Below are positions 12,701 to 26,500 of a stretch of DNA of 64,000 nucleotides, in pieces. The translations under genes were made by a program, and so were the position numbers. The notes under the pieces are model-generated. The model was not told the DNA's origin and did not search any database. It was given only the letters and a program-made list of their open reading frames with translations. Where the stretch lies: NCBI RefSeq assembly GCF_006345805.1, contig NW_021832836.1, positions 1 through 64,000 on the forward strand, given 5' to 3'. Position 1 is the first letter of the stretch; each line of letters starts with the position of its first letter. The stretch comes from Octopus sinensis (taxonomy: Eukaryota).

Positions 12701-15700
12701 GAGAACAGTAAAATCTCAAAAGTTTTCAGGTTAGAAAATGTCAAAATATGTGTACTTGAAAAACAACAGAAAATTTAGTGATCTCTTAGCTAAATATAAG
12801 TTAACTGATTGACAAAAAGCTTATATTTATCCAAGAGATCACTAATATCTCAAAAGTTTTCAGGTTAGAAAATGTCAAAATGTTGCATATGCGTACTTGA
12901 AAAACAAAAAATTTAGTCATCTCTTAGCTGAATATAAGTTAACTGATTGATAAAAAGCTTATATTTATCCAAGAGAACACTAAAATCTTAAAAGTTTTCA
13001 GGTTAGTAAATGTCAAAATACAGCATATGTGTACTTGAAAAAGAACAAAAAATTTAATGATCTAAATATATGTGTACTTGAAAAACAACGAATAATTTAG
13101 TGATCACTTAGCTAAATATAAGTTTACTGATTGATAAAAAGCTTATATTAATCCAAATGAACACTAAAATCTCAAAAGTTTTCAGGTTAGAAAATGTTAA
13201 AATATGTATACTTGAAAAACAATAGAAAATTCAGTGATCTCTTAGTTAATATAATTTAACTGATTGATAAAAAGCTTATAGTTATCCAAGAGAACAGTAA
13301 AATCTCAAAAGTTTTCAGGTTAGAAAATGTGAAAATATTGCATATGCGTATTTGAAAAACAACAAAAAATTTAATGATCTAAATATACGTGTACTTGAAA
13401 AACAACAAAAGATTTAGTGATCTATTAGCTAAATATAAGTTAACTGATTGATAAAAAGCTTATGTTATCCAAGAGAACACTAAAATCAAAAAGTTTTCAG
13501 GTTAGAAAATGTCAAAATACAGCATATGCGACTGAAAAACAACAAAAAATTTAGTGATCACTTAGCTAAATATAAGTTAACTGATTGATAAAAAGCTTAT
13601 ATTTATCCAAGAGAACACTAAAATCTCAAAGTTTTCAGGTAGAAATTGTCAAAATATAGCATTGCGTACTTGAAAAACAACAAAAAATTTGTGATCTCTT
13701 AGCTGAATATAAGTTAACTGATTGATAAAAAGCTTATATGTATCCAAGAGAACACTAAAATCAAAAGTTTTCATGTTAGAAAATGTCAAAATATTGCATT
13801 GCGTACTTGAAAAACAACAAAAATTTAGTGATCTATTAGCTAAATATAAGTTAACTATTGATAAAAAGCTTATATTTATCCAAGAGAACACTAAAATCTC
13901 AAAAGTTTTCAGGTTAGAAAATGTTAAAATATTGCATATGTGTACTTGAAAAACAACGAAAAATTTAGTGATCACTTAGCTAAATATAAGTTAACTGATT
14001 GTATAAAAAGCTTATATTTATCCAAGAGAACACTAAAATCTCAAAAGTTTTCAGGTTAGAAAATGTCAAAATATAGCATATGCGTACTTGAAAAACAACA
14101 AAAAATTTAGTGATCACTTAGCTAAATATAAGTTAACTGATTGATAAAAAGCTTATTTATCCAAGAGAACACTAAAATCTCAAAAGTTTTCAGGTTAGAA
14201 AATGTCAAAATATGCATATGCGTACTTGAAAAACAACAAAAAATTTAGTGATCTCTTAGCTGAATATAAGTTAACTGATTGATAAAAGCTTATATATATC
14301 CAAGAGAACACTAAAATCTCAAAAGTTTTCAGGTTAGAAATGTCAAAATATGTGTACTTGAAAAACAATAGAAATTTAGTGATCTCTTAGCTAAATATAA
14401 GTTAACTGATTGATAAAAAGCTTATATTTATCCAAGAGAACACTAAAATGTCAAAAGTTTTCAGGTTAGAATATGTCAAAATATTGCATATGCGTACTTA
14501 AAAAACAACAAAAAATTTAGTGATCTCTTAGCTAAATATAAGTTTATTGATTTTAAAAAAGCTTACTAAATACTAAAATACTAAAATCTCAAAATTTTCA
14601 GGTTAGAAAATGTCAAAATATTGCATATGCGGACATGAAAAACAACAAAATATTTAATGATCTAAATATATGTGTACTCGAAAAACAACAAAAAATTTAG
14701 TGATCTATTAGCTAAATATAAGTTAACTGATTGATAAAAAGCTTATATTTATCCAAGAGAACACTAAAATCTCAAAAGTTTTCAGGTTAGAAAATGTCAA
14801 AAGTTTTCAGGTTAGAAAATGTCAAAAGTTTTCAGGTTAGAAAATGTCAAAATATGTGTACTTGAAAAACAACAGAAAATTTAGTGATCTCTTAGCTAAA
14901 TATAAGTTTACTGATTGATAAAAAGCTTATATTTATCCAAGAGAACACTAAAATCTCAAAAGTTTTCAGGTTAGTAAATGTCAAAAAACAGTATACATGT
15001 GTACTTGAAAAAGAATAAAAAATTTAGTGATCTCTTAGCTAAATATACGTTTATTGATTGATAAAAAGCTTATATTTATACGATAAAAAGCTTATATTTA
15101 TATGTGTACTTGAAAAACAAAATATTTAATGATCTAAATATATGTGTACTCGAAAAACAACAAAAAATTGAGTGATCTCTTCGCTAAATATAAGTTTATT
15201 AATTGATAAAAAGCTTATATTTATCCAAGAGGACACTAAAATCTCAAAAATTTTCAGGTTGGAAAATGTCAATATATGTGTACTTGAAAAACAACAGAAA
15301 ATTTAGTGATCTCTTAGCTATATATAAGTTAACTGATTGATAAAAAGCTTATATTTATCCAAGAGAAAAACTAAAATCTCAAAAGTTTTCAGGTTAGAAA
15401 ATGTCAAAATATTGCATATGCGTACTTGAAAAACAACAAAAAATTTAGTGATCCCTTAGAAAAAATATAAGTTAACTGATTGATAAAAAGCTTATATTTA
15501 TCCAAGAGAACACTAAACTCTCAAAAGTTTTCAGGTTAGAAAATGTCAAAATATTGCATATGCGTTCTTGAAAACAACAAAAAATTTAGTGATCTCTGAG
15601 CTAAATATATATTAACTGATTGATAAAAAGCTTATATATATTCAAGAGAACACTAAAATCTCAAAAGTTTTCAGGTTACAAAATGTCAAAATATGTGTAC

Positions 15701-18409
15701 TTTAGAAACAACAGAAAATTTAGTGATCTCTTAGCTAAATATAATTTAACTGATTGATAAAAAGCTTATATTTATGCAAGAGAACACTTAAATCTCAAAA
15801 GTTTTCAGGTTAGAAAATGTCAAAATATTGCATATGCGTACTTGAAAAACAACAAAAAATTTAGTGATCTCTTAGCTAAATATAAGTTTATTGATTTTTA
15901 AAAAGCTTATATTTATCCAAGAGAACACTAAAATCTCAAAAGTTTTCAGGTTAGAAAATGTCAAAATATGTGTCCTTGAAAAACAACAGAAAATTTAGTG
16001 ATCTCTTAGCTAGATATAAGTTAACTGATGGATAAAATGCTTATATTTATCCAAGAGAACACTAAAATCTCAAAAGTTTTCAGGTTAGAAAATGTGAAAA
16101 TATGTGTACTTGAAAAACAACAGAAAATTTAGTGATCTCTTAGCTAAATATAAGTTAACTGATTGATAAAAAGCTTATATTTATCCAAGAGATCACTAAT
16201 ATCTCAAAAGTTTTCAGAATACAAAATGTCAAAATATTGTATATGTGCACTTGAAAAACAACAAAAAATTTTGTGAGCTCCTAGCAAAATATAAGTTAAC
16301 TGATTGATAAAAAGCTTATATCCAAGAGAACACTAAAATCTCAAAGGTTTTCAGGTTAGAAAATGTCAAAATATTGCATATGCGTACCTGAAAACAACAA
16401 AAAATTTAGTGATCGCTTAGCTAAATATAAGTTAACTGATTGATAAGAAGCTTATATATATTCAAGAGAACACTAAAATCTTGAAAGTTTTCAGGTTACA
16501 AAATGTCAAAATATGTGTACTTGAGAAACAACAGAAAATTTAGTGATCTATTAGCTAAATATAAGTTAACTGATTGATAAAAAGCTTATATTTATCCAAG
16601 AGAACACTAAAATCTCAAAAGTTTTCAGGTTAGTAAAGGTCAAAATACAGCATATGTGTACTTGAAAAAGAACAAAAAATTTAGTGATCTCTTAGCTGAA
16701 TATAAGTTAACTGATGGATAAAAAGCTTATCCAAGAGAACACTAAAATCTCAAAAGTTTTCAGGTTAGAAAATGTCAAAATACAGCATATGTGTACTTGA
16801 AAAACAACAAAAAATTTAGTGATCTCTTAGCTAAATATAAGTTAACTGATTGATAAAAAGCTTATATTTATCCAAGAGAACATTAAAATCTCAAAGGTTT
16901 TCAGTTTAGAAAATGTCAAAATATTGCATATGTGTAATTGAGAAACAACAGAAAATTTAGTGATCTCTTAGCTAAATATAAGTTAACTGATTGATTAAAA
17001 GCTTATATTTATCCAAGAGAACACTAAAATCTCAAAAGTTTTCAGGTTAGAAAATGTCAAAATATTGCATATGTGTACTTGAAAAACAACAAAAAATTTA
17101 TCCAAGAGAACACTAAAATCTCAAAAGTTTTCAGGTTAGTAAATGTCAAAATACAGCATATGTGTACTTGAAAAACAACAAAACATTTAGTGATCTATTA
17201 GCTAAATATAAGTTAACTGATTGATTAATAGCTTATATTTATCCATGAGAACACTAAAATCTCAAAAGTTTTCAGGTTAGAAAATGTCAAAATATTGCAT
17301 ATGTGTACTTGAAAAACAACAAAAAATTTAGTGATCTCTTAGCTAAATATAAGATACCCGATTGATAAAAAGCTTATATTTATCCAAGAGAACACTAAAA
17401 TCTCAAAAGTTTTCAGGTTAGAAAATGTCAAAATACAGCATATGTGTACTTGAAAAACAACAAAAAATTTAGTGATCTCTCAGCTAAATATAAGTTTATT
17501 GATTGATAAAATGCTTATATTTATCCAAGAGTACACTAAAATCTCAAAAGTTTTCAGGTTAGAAAATGTCAAAATATTGCATATGTGTACTTGAAAAACA
17601 ACAAAAAATTTAGTGATCTCTTCGCTAAATATAAGTTAACTGATTGATAAAAAGCTTATATTTATCCAAGAGAACACTAAAATCTCAAAAGCTTTCATGT
17701 TACAAAATGTCAAAATATTGCATATGTGTACTTGAGAAACAACAGAAAATTTAGTGATCTCTTAGCTAAATATAAGTTAACTGATGGATAAAAAGCTTAT
17801 CCAAGAGAACACTAAAATCTCAAAGGTTTTCAGTTTAGAAAATGTCAAAATCTTGTATATGTGTAATTGAGAAACAACAGAAAATTTAGTGATCTTTTAG
17901 CTAAATATAAGTTAACTGATTGATTAAAAGCTTATATTTATCCAAGAGAACACTAAAATCTCAAAAGTTTTCAGGTTAGAAAATGTCAAAATATTGCATA
18001 TGTGTACTTGAAAAACAACAAAAAATTTAGTGATCTATTAGCTAAATATAAGTTAACTGATTGATTAATAGCTTATATTTATCCATGAGAACACTAAAAT
18101 CTCAAAAGTTTTCAGGTTATCAAATGTCAAAATATTGCATATGTGTACTTGAGAAACAACAGAAAATTTAGTGATCTCTTAGCTAAATATAAGTTAACTG
18201 ATTGATAAAAAGCTTATCTTTATCCAAGAGAACACTAAAATCTCAAAAGTTTTCAGGTTAGAAAATGTCAAAATATTGCATATGTGTACTTGAAAAACAA
18301 CAAAAAATTTAGTGATCTCTTAGCTAAATATAAGTTAACTGATTGATAAAAAGCTTATATTTATCCAAGAGAACATTAAAATCTCAAAGGTTTTCAGTTT
18401 AGAAAATGT

Positions 18410-18783
18410 CAAAATATTGTATATGAGTACTTGAGAAACAACAGAAAATTTAGTGATCTCTTAGCTTAATATAAGATAACTGATTGATTAAAAGCTTATA
18501 TTTATCCAAGAGAACACTAAAATCTCAAAAGTTTTCAGGTTAGAAAATGTCAAAATATTGCATAAGTGTACTTGAGAAACAACAATTTAGTGATCTCTTG
18601 ATCACTAATTTTTGTTGTTTCTCAGTACACATATGCAATATTTTGACATTTTCTAACCTGAAAACTTTTGAGATTTTAGTGTTCTCTTGGATAAATATAA
18701 GCTTTTAATCAATCAGTTAACTTATATTTAGCTAAGAGATCACTAAATTTTCTGTTGTTTCTCAATTACACATATACAATATA
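18410..18783. repeat. Fold-back palindrome of satellite DNA (~185-bp arms, 4-nt loop), copy 1
   Basis: ttagtgatc-tctt-gatcactaa is centred at 18596-18599, and 18600-18783 is reverse-complement satellite. Confidence 0.93.
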
Positions 18784-19316
18784 CAGTCAGTAAACCTAAA
18801 ATCACATTTGTTTTTTTACTTTTTTATGCCTATTTGCAACTTTTGTGATTTTTGTGATCTCTTTGGTAAATAAGTTACTGATATTATAGTTATGTAAGAG
18901 ATCATTAAAATTTTAATAGTTTTCAGAAAACAAATGTGTCAATTATTGTAAATAAGCATAAAAAAATGAACAAAATTGCTAATTCAAATTTGTTGAATTT
19001 TAGTACTTATTGCAATATTTTGATACTTTGTTTTCTGAGAACAAATAAGTACTAAAAAGCAACAAATTTGAATTAATAATTCTATTTACTTTTTTATGCT
19101 TCTCTGCTATATTTTGACACATTTTGTTTTCTGAAGAGGATTTTGACTTGAGTGTTATCTTGGCTGCTCAATTAGCAACGTTGTTCGCTTTTTTATGCCT
19201 ATTTGCAAATTTTTGCACATTTTGTTATCTGTTGGATAAATATAATATTATTAGTCAGTTAACTTATATTTTACCACAGAGATTACTGAAATCACAAAAT
19301 CACAAATAAGCCTAAA
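18784..19316 (+). repeat. Ectopic copy of the flanking macro-repeat segment 36991-37528, copy 1
   Basis: cagtcagtaaacctaaaatcacatttg...cacaaataagcctaaa is near-identical to 36991-37528. The ORF track shows nearly the same 61-aa ORF at 19124 and 37336. Confidence 0.93.
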
Positions 19317-19689
19317 TTTAGTGATCTATTAGCTAAATATAAGTTAACTGATTGATAAAAAGCTTATATTTATCCAAGAGAACACAAAATCTCAAAAGTT
19401 TTCAGGTTAGTAAAGGTCAAAATACAGCATATGTGACTTGAAAAAGACAAAAAATTTAGTGATCTCTTAGCTGAATATAAGTTAACTGATGGATAAAAAG
19501 CTTATCCAAGAGAACACTAAAATCTCAAAAGTTTTCAGGTTAGAAAATGTCAAAATACAGCATATGTGTACTTGAAAAACAACAAAAATTTAGTGATCTC
19601 TTAGCTAAATATAAGTTAACTGATTGATAAAAAGCTTATATTTATCCAAGAGAACACTAAAATCTCAAGGTTTTTCACGTTAGAAAATG

Positions 19690-20065
19690 TCAAAATATTG
19701 TATATGAGTACTTGAGAAACAACAGAAAATTTAGTGATCTCTTAGCTTAATATAAGATAACTGATTGATTAAAAGCTTATATTTATCCAAGAGAACACTA
19801 AAATCTCAAAAGTTTTCAGGTTAGAAAATGTCAAAAATTGCATAAGTGTACTTGAGAAACAACAAAAATTTAGTGATCTCTTGATCACTAAATTTTTGTT
19901 GTTTCTCAAGTACACATATGCAATATTTTGACATTTTCTAACCTGAAAACTTTTGAGATTTTAGTGTCTCTTGGATAAATATAAGCTTTTAATCAATCAG
20001 TTAACTTATATTTAGCTAAGAGATCACTAAATTTCTGTTGTTCTCAATTACACATATACAATATA
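19690..20065. repeat. Fold-back palindrome of satellite DNA, copy 2
   Basis: aaatttagtgatc-tctt-gatcactaaattt with loop at 19879-19882, 1283 bp after copy 1. Confidence 0.93.
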
Positions 20066-20595
20066 CAGTCAGTAAACCTAAAATCACATTTGTTTTTTTA
20101 CTTTTTTATGCCTATTTGCAACTTTTGTGATTTTTGTGATCTCTTTGGTAAATATAAGTTAACTGATATTATAGTTATGTAAGAGATCATAAAATTTTAA
20201 TAGTTTTCAGAAAACAAAATGTGTCAAATTATTGTAAATAAGCATAAAAAAATGAACAAAATTGCTAATTCAAATTGTTGAATTAGTACTTATTTGCAAT
20301 ATTTTGATACTGTTTCTGAGAACAAATAAGTACTAAAAAGCAACAAATTTGAATTAATAATCTATTTACTTTTTTATGCTTCTCTGCTATATTTTGACAC
20401 ATTTTGTTTTCTGAGAGGATTTTGACTTGAGTGTTATCTTGGCTGCTCAATTAGCAACGTTGTTCGCTTTTTTATGCCTATTTGCAAATTTTTGCACATT
20501 TTGTTATCTGTTGGATAAATATAATATTATTAGTCAGTTAACTTATATTTTACCACAGAGATTACTGAAATCACAAAATCACAAATAAGCCTAAA
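20066..20595 (+). repeat. Ectopic copy of macro-repeat segment 36991-37528, copy 2
   Basis: Same sequence and same junctions (caatatacagtcag; aagcctaaatttagtg) as 18784-19316. Confidence 0.92.
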
Positions 20596-23500
20596 TTTAG
20601 TGATCTATTAGCTAAATATAAGTTAACTGATTGATAAAAAGCTTATATTTATCCAAGAGAACACTAAAATCTCAAAAGTTTTCAGGTTAGTAAAGGTCAA
20701 AATACAGCATATGTGTACTTGAAAAAGAACAAAAAATTTAGTGATCTCTTAGCTGAATATAAGTTAACTGATGGATAAAAAGCTTATCCAAGAGAACACT
20801 AAAATCTCAAAAGTTTTCAGGTTAGAAAATGTCAAAATACAGCATATGTGTACTTGAAAAACAACAAAAAATTTAGTGATCTCTTAGCTAAATATAAGTT
20901 AACTGATTGATAAAAAGCTTATATTTATCCAAGAGAACACTAAAATCTCAAAGGTTTTCACGTTAGAAAATGTCAAAATACAGCATATGTGTACTTGAAA
21001 AACATCAAAAAATTTAGTGATCTATTATCTAAATATAAGTTAACTGATTGATAAAAAGCTTATATTTATCCAAGAGAACACTAAAATCTCAAAAGTTTTC
21101 AGGTTAGAAAATGTCAAAATATTGCATATGTGTACTTGAAAAACAACAAAAAATTTAGTGATCTCTTAGCTAAATATAAGTTAACTGATTGATAAAAAGA
21201 TTATATTTATCCAAGAGCACACTAAAATCTCAAAAGCTTTCAGGTTAGAAAATGTCAAAATATTGCATATGTGTACTTGAGAAACAACAGAAAATTTAGT
21301 GATCTCTTAGCTTAATATAAGATAACTGATTGATAAAAAGCTTATATTTATCCAAGAGAACACTAAAATCTCAAAAGTTTTCAGGTTAGAAAATGTCAAA
21401 ATACAGCATATGTGTACTTGAAAAACAACAAAAAATTTAGTGATCTCTTAGCTAAATATAAATTAACTGATTGATTAAAAGCTTATATTTATCCAAGAGA
21501 ACACTATAATCTCAAAAGTTTTCAGGTTAGAAAATGTCAAAATATTGCATATGTGTACTTGAAAAACAACAAAAAATTTAGTGATCTATTAGCTACATAT
21601 AAGTTAACTGATTGATAAAAAGCTTATATTTATCCAAGAGAACACTAAAATCTCAAAAGCTTTCAGGTTAGAAAATGTCAAAATATTGCATATGTGTACT
21701 TGAAAAACAACAAAAAATTTAGTGATCTCTTAGCTAAATAAGTTAACTGATTAAATTTAGTGATCTCTTAGCTACATATATGTTAACTGATTGATGAAAA
21801 GCTTATATTATCCAAGAGGACACTAAAATCTCAAAAGTTTTCAGGTTAGAAAATGTCAAAATATTGCATATGTACTTGAAAAACCACAAAAAATTTAGTG
21901 ATCTCTTCACTAATATAAGTTAACTGATTGATAAAAAGCTTATATTTATCCAAGAGAACACTAAACTCTCAAAAGTTTTCAGGTTAGAAAATGTCAAAAT
22001 ATTGCATATGCGTTCTTGAAAACAACAAAAAATTAGTGATCTCTGAGCTATATATGTAACTGATTGATAAAAAGCTTATATATATTCAAGAGAACACTAA
22101 AATCTCAAAAGTTTTCAGGTTACAAAATGTCAAAATATGTGTACTTGAGAAACAACAGAAAATTTAGTGATCTCTTAACTAAATATAATTTAACTGATTG
22201 ATAAAAAGCTTATATTTATCCAAGAGAACACTTAAATCTCAAAAGTTTTCAGGTTAGAAAATGTCAAAATATGTGTCCTTGAAAAACAACAGAAAATTTA
22301 GTGATCTCTTAGCTAGATATAAGTTCACTGATGGATAAAATGCTTATATTTATCCAAGAGAACACTAAAATCTCAAAAGTTTTCAGGTTAGAAAATGTGA
22401 AAATATGTGTACTTGAAAAACAACAGAAAATTTAGTGATCTCTTAGCTAAATATAAGTTAACTGATTGACAAAAAGCTTATATTTTTCCAAGAGATCACT
22501 AATATCTCAAAAGTTTTCAGAATACAAAATGTCAAAATATTGTATATGTGCACTTGAAAAACAACAAAAAATTCTGTGAGCTCCTAGCAAAATATAAGTT
22601 AACTGATTGATAAAAAGCTTATATCCAAGAGAACGCTAAAATCTCAAAGGTTTTCAGGTTAGAAAATGTCAAAATATTGCATATGCGTACCTGAAAACAA
22701 CAAAAAATTTAGTGATCGCTTAGCTAAATATAAGTTAACTGATTGATAAGAAGCTTATATATTCAAGAGAACACTAAAATCTCGAAAGTTTTCAGGTTAC
22801 AAAATGTCAAAATATGTGTACTTGAGAAACAACAGAAAATTTAGTGATCTATTAGCTAAATATAAGTTAACTGATTGATAAAAAGCTTATATTTATCCAA
22901 GAGAACACTAAAATCTCAAAAGTTTTCAGGTTAGTAAAGGTCAAAATACAGCATATGTGTACTTGAAAAAGAACAAAAAATTTAGTGATCCCTTAGCTGA
23001 ATATAAGTTAACTGATGGATAAAAAGCTTATCCAAGAGAACACTAAAATCTCAAAAGTTTTCAGGTTAGAAAATGTCAAAATATTGCATATGTGTACTTG
23101 AAAAACAACAAAAAATTTAGTGATCTCTTAGCTAAATATAAGTTAACTGATTGATTAATAGCTTATATTTATCCAAGAGAACACTAAAATCTCAAAAGTT
23201 TTCAGGTTAGAAAATGTCAAAATATTGCATAAGTGTACTTGAAAAACAACAAAAAATTTAGTGATCTCTTAGCTAAATATAAGATAACTGATTGATAAAA
23301 AGCTTATATTTATCCAAGAGAACACTAAAATCTCAAAGGTTTTCACGTTAGAAAATGTCAAAATACAGCATATGTGTACTTGAAAAACATCAAAAAATTT
23401 AGTGATCTATTATCTAAATATAAGTTAACTGATTGATAAAAAGCTTATATTTATCCAAGAGAACACTATAATCTCAAAAGTTTTCAGGTTAGAAAATGTC

Positions 23501-26500
23501 AAAATATTGCATGTGTACTTGAAAAACAACAAAAAATTTAGTGATCTATTAGCTACATATAAGTTAACTGATTGATAAAAAGCTTATATTTATCCAAGAG
23601 AACATTAAAATCTCAAAAGCTTTCAGGTTAGAAAATGTCAAAATATTGCAAATGCGTACTTGAAATACAACAAAAAATTTAGTGATCTCTTTGCTAAATA
23701 TAAGTTAACTGATTGATAAAAAGCTTATATTTATCCAAGAGATCACTAAAATCTCAAAAGTTTTCAGGTTAGAAAATGTCAAAATACAGCATATGTGTAC
23801 TTGAAAAACAACAACAAATTTAGTGATCTCTTCGCTAAATATAAGTTAACTGATTGATAAAAAGCTTATATTTATCCAAGAGAACACTAAAATCTCAAAA
23901 GCTTTCAGGTTAGAAAATGTCAAAATATTGCATATGTGTACTTGAAAAACAACAAAAAATTTAGTGATCTCTTAGCTAAATATAAGTTAACTGATTGATA
24001 AATTTAGTGATCTCTTAGCTACATATATGTTAACTGATTGATAAAAGCTTATATTTATCCAAGAGGACACTAAAATCTCAAAAGTTTTCAGGTTAGAAAA
24101 TGTCAAAATATTGCATATGTGTACTTGAAAAACAACAAAAAATTTAGTGATCTCTTCACTAAATATAAGTTAACTGATTGATAAAAAGCTTATATTTATC
24201 CAAGAGCACACTAAAATCTCAAAAGCTTTCAGGTTAGAAAATGTCAAAATATTGCATATGTGTACTTGAGAAACAACAGAAAATTTAGTGATCTCTTAGC
24301 TAATATAAGATAACTGATTGATAAAAGCTTATATTTATCCAAGAGAACACTAAATCTCAAAAGTTTTCAGGTTAGAAAATGTCAAAATACAGCATATGTG
24401 TACTTGAAAAACCAAAAAATTTAGTGATCTCTTAGCTAAATATAATTAACTGATTGATTAAAAGCTTATATTTATCCAAGAGAACACTATAATCTCAAAA
24501 GTTTTCAGGTTAGAAAATGTCAAAATATTGCATATGTGTACTTGAAAAACAACAAAAAATTTAGTGATCTCATTAGCTAATATAAGTTAACTGATTGATA
24601 AAAGCTTATATTTATCCAAGAACACTAAAATCTCAAAAGTTTTCAGGTTAGAAAATGTCAAAATATTGCATATGTACTTGAAAAACAACAAAAAATTTAG
24701 TGATCTCTTCTAATATAAGTAACTGATTGATATTTAGTGATCTCTAGCTAACATATATGTTAACTGATTGATAAAAAGCTTATATTTATCCAAGAGAACA
24801 CTAAAATCTCAAAAGTTTTCAGGTTAGAAAATGTCAAAATATTGCATATGTGTACTTGAAAAACAACAAAAAATTTAGTGATCTCTTCACTAAATATAAG
24901 TTAGATTGATAAAAAGCTTATATATATTCAAGAGAACACTAAAATCTCAAAAGTTTTCAGGTTAGAAAATGTCAAAATATTATGTGTACTTGAAAAACAA
25001 CAAAAATTTAGTGATCTCTTAGCAAATAAATAGTTTAACTGATTGATAAAAGCTTATATTTATCCAAGAGAACACTTAAATCTCAAAAGTTTTCAGGTTA
25101 GAAAATGTCAAAATATTGCATATGCGTACTTGAAAAACAACAAAAAATTTAGTGATCTCTTAGCTAAATATAAGTTAACTGATTGATAAAAGCTTATATT
25201 TATCCAAGAGAACACTAAAATCTCAAAGTTTTCAGGTTAGAAATGTCAAAATATTGCATATGTGTACTTGAAAAACAACAAAAATTTAGTGATCTCTTAG
25301 CTAAATATAAGTTAACTGATTGATAAAAAGCTTATATTTATCCAAGAGAACACTAAAATCTCAAAAGTTTCAGGTTAGAAAATGTCAAAATATGTGTACT
25401 TGAAAAACAACAAAAATTTAGTGATCTCTTTATATAAGTTAACTGATTGATAAAAAGCTTATATTTTTCCAAGAGTTCACTAATTTCTCAAAAGTTTTCA
25501 GTAGATAGGAACAAAATCCAAAATTTGTTGTCAAAATATTGTATAGTGCCTTGAAAACACAAAAAATCTTAGAACGCTAAAAGAGATACGCTTAAATCTC
25601 AAAAGTTTTCAGGTTAGAAAATGTCAATATTGCATATGTGTACTTGAAAACACAAAAATTTAGTGATCTCTTAGCTAAATATAAGTTAACTGATTGATAA
25701 GAAGCTTATATAAATTCAAGAGAACACTAAAATCTCAAAAGTTTTCAGTTAGAAAATGTCAAAATATGTGTACTTGAAAAACAACAAAAAATTTAGTGAT
25801 CTCTTAGCTAATATAAGTTAACTGATTGATAAAAAGCTTATATTTATCCAAGAGAACACTAAAATCTCAAAAGTTTTCAGGTTAGAAAATGTCAAAATAC
25901 AGCATATGTGTACTTGAAAAAACAAAAATTTAGTGATCTCTTAGCTAAATATAAGTTAACTGATTGATAAAAAGCTTATATCCAAGAGAACACTAAAATC
26001 TCAAAGTTTTCAGGTTAGAAAATGTCAAAATATTGCATATGTGTACTTGAAAACAACAAAAAATTTAGTGATCTCTAGCTAAATATAAGTTAACTGATTG
26101 ATAAATAGCTTATATTTATATCCAGAGAACACTAAAATCTCAAAGTTTTCAGGTTAGAAAATGTCAAAATATTGCATAGTGTGTACTTGAAAAACAAAAA
26201 AAAATTTAGTGATCTCTTAGCTAATATAAGTTAACTGATTGATAAAAAGCTTATATTTATCCAAGAGAACACTAAAATCTCAAAGTTTTCAGGTTAGAAA
26301 ATGTCAAAATATTGCATGTGTACTTGAAAAACAACAAAAAATTTAGTGATCTTTATCTAAATATAAGTTAACTGATTGATAAAAAGCTTATATTTATCCA
26401 AGAGAACACTAAAATCTCAAAAGTTTTCAGGTTAGAAAATGTCAAAATACACATATGTGTACTTGAAAAACAACAAAAAATTTAGTGATCTCTTAGCTAA

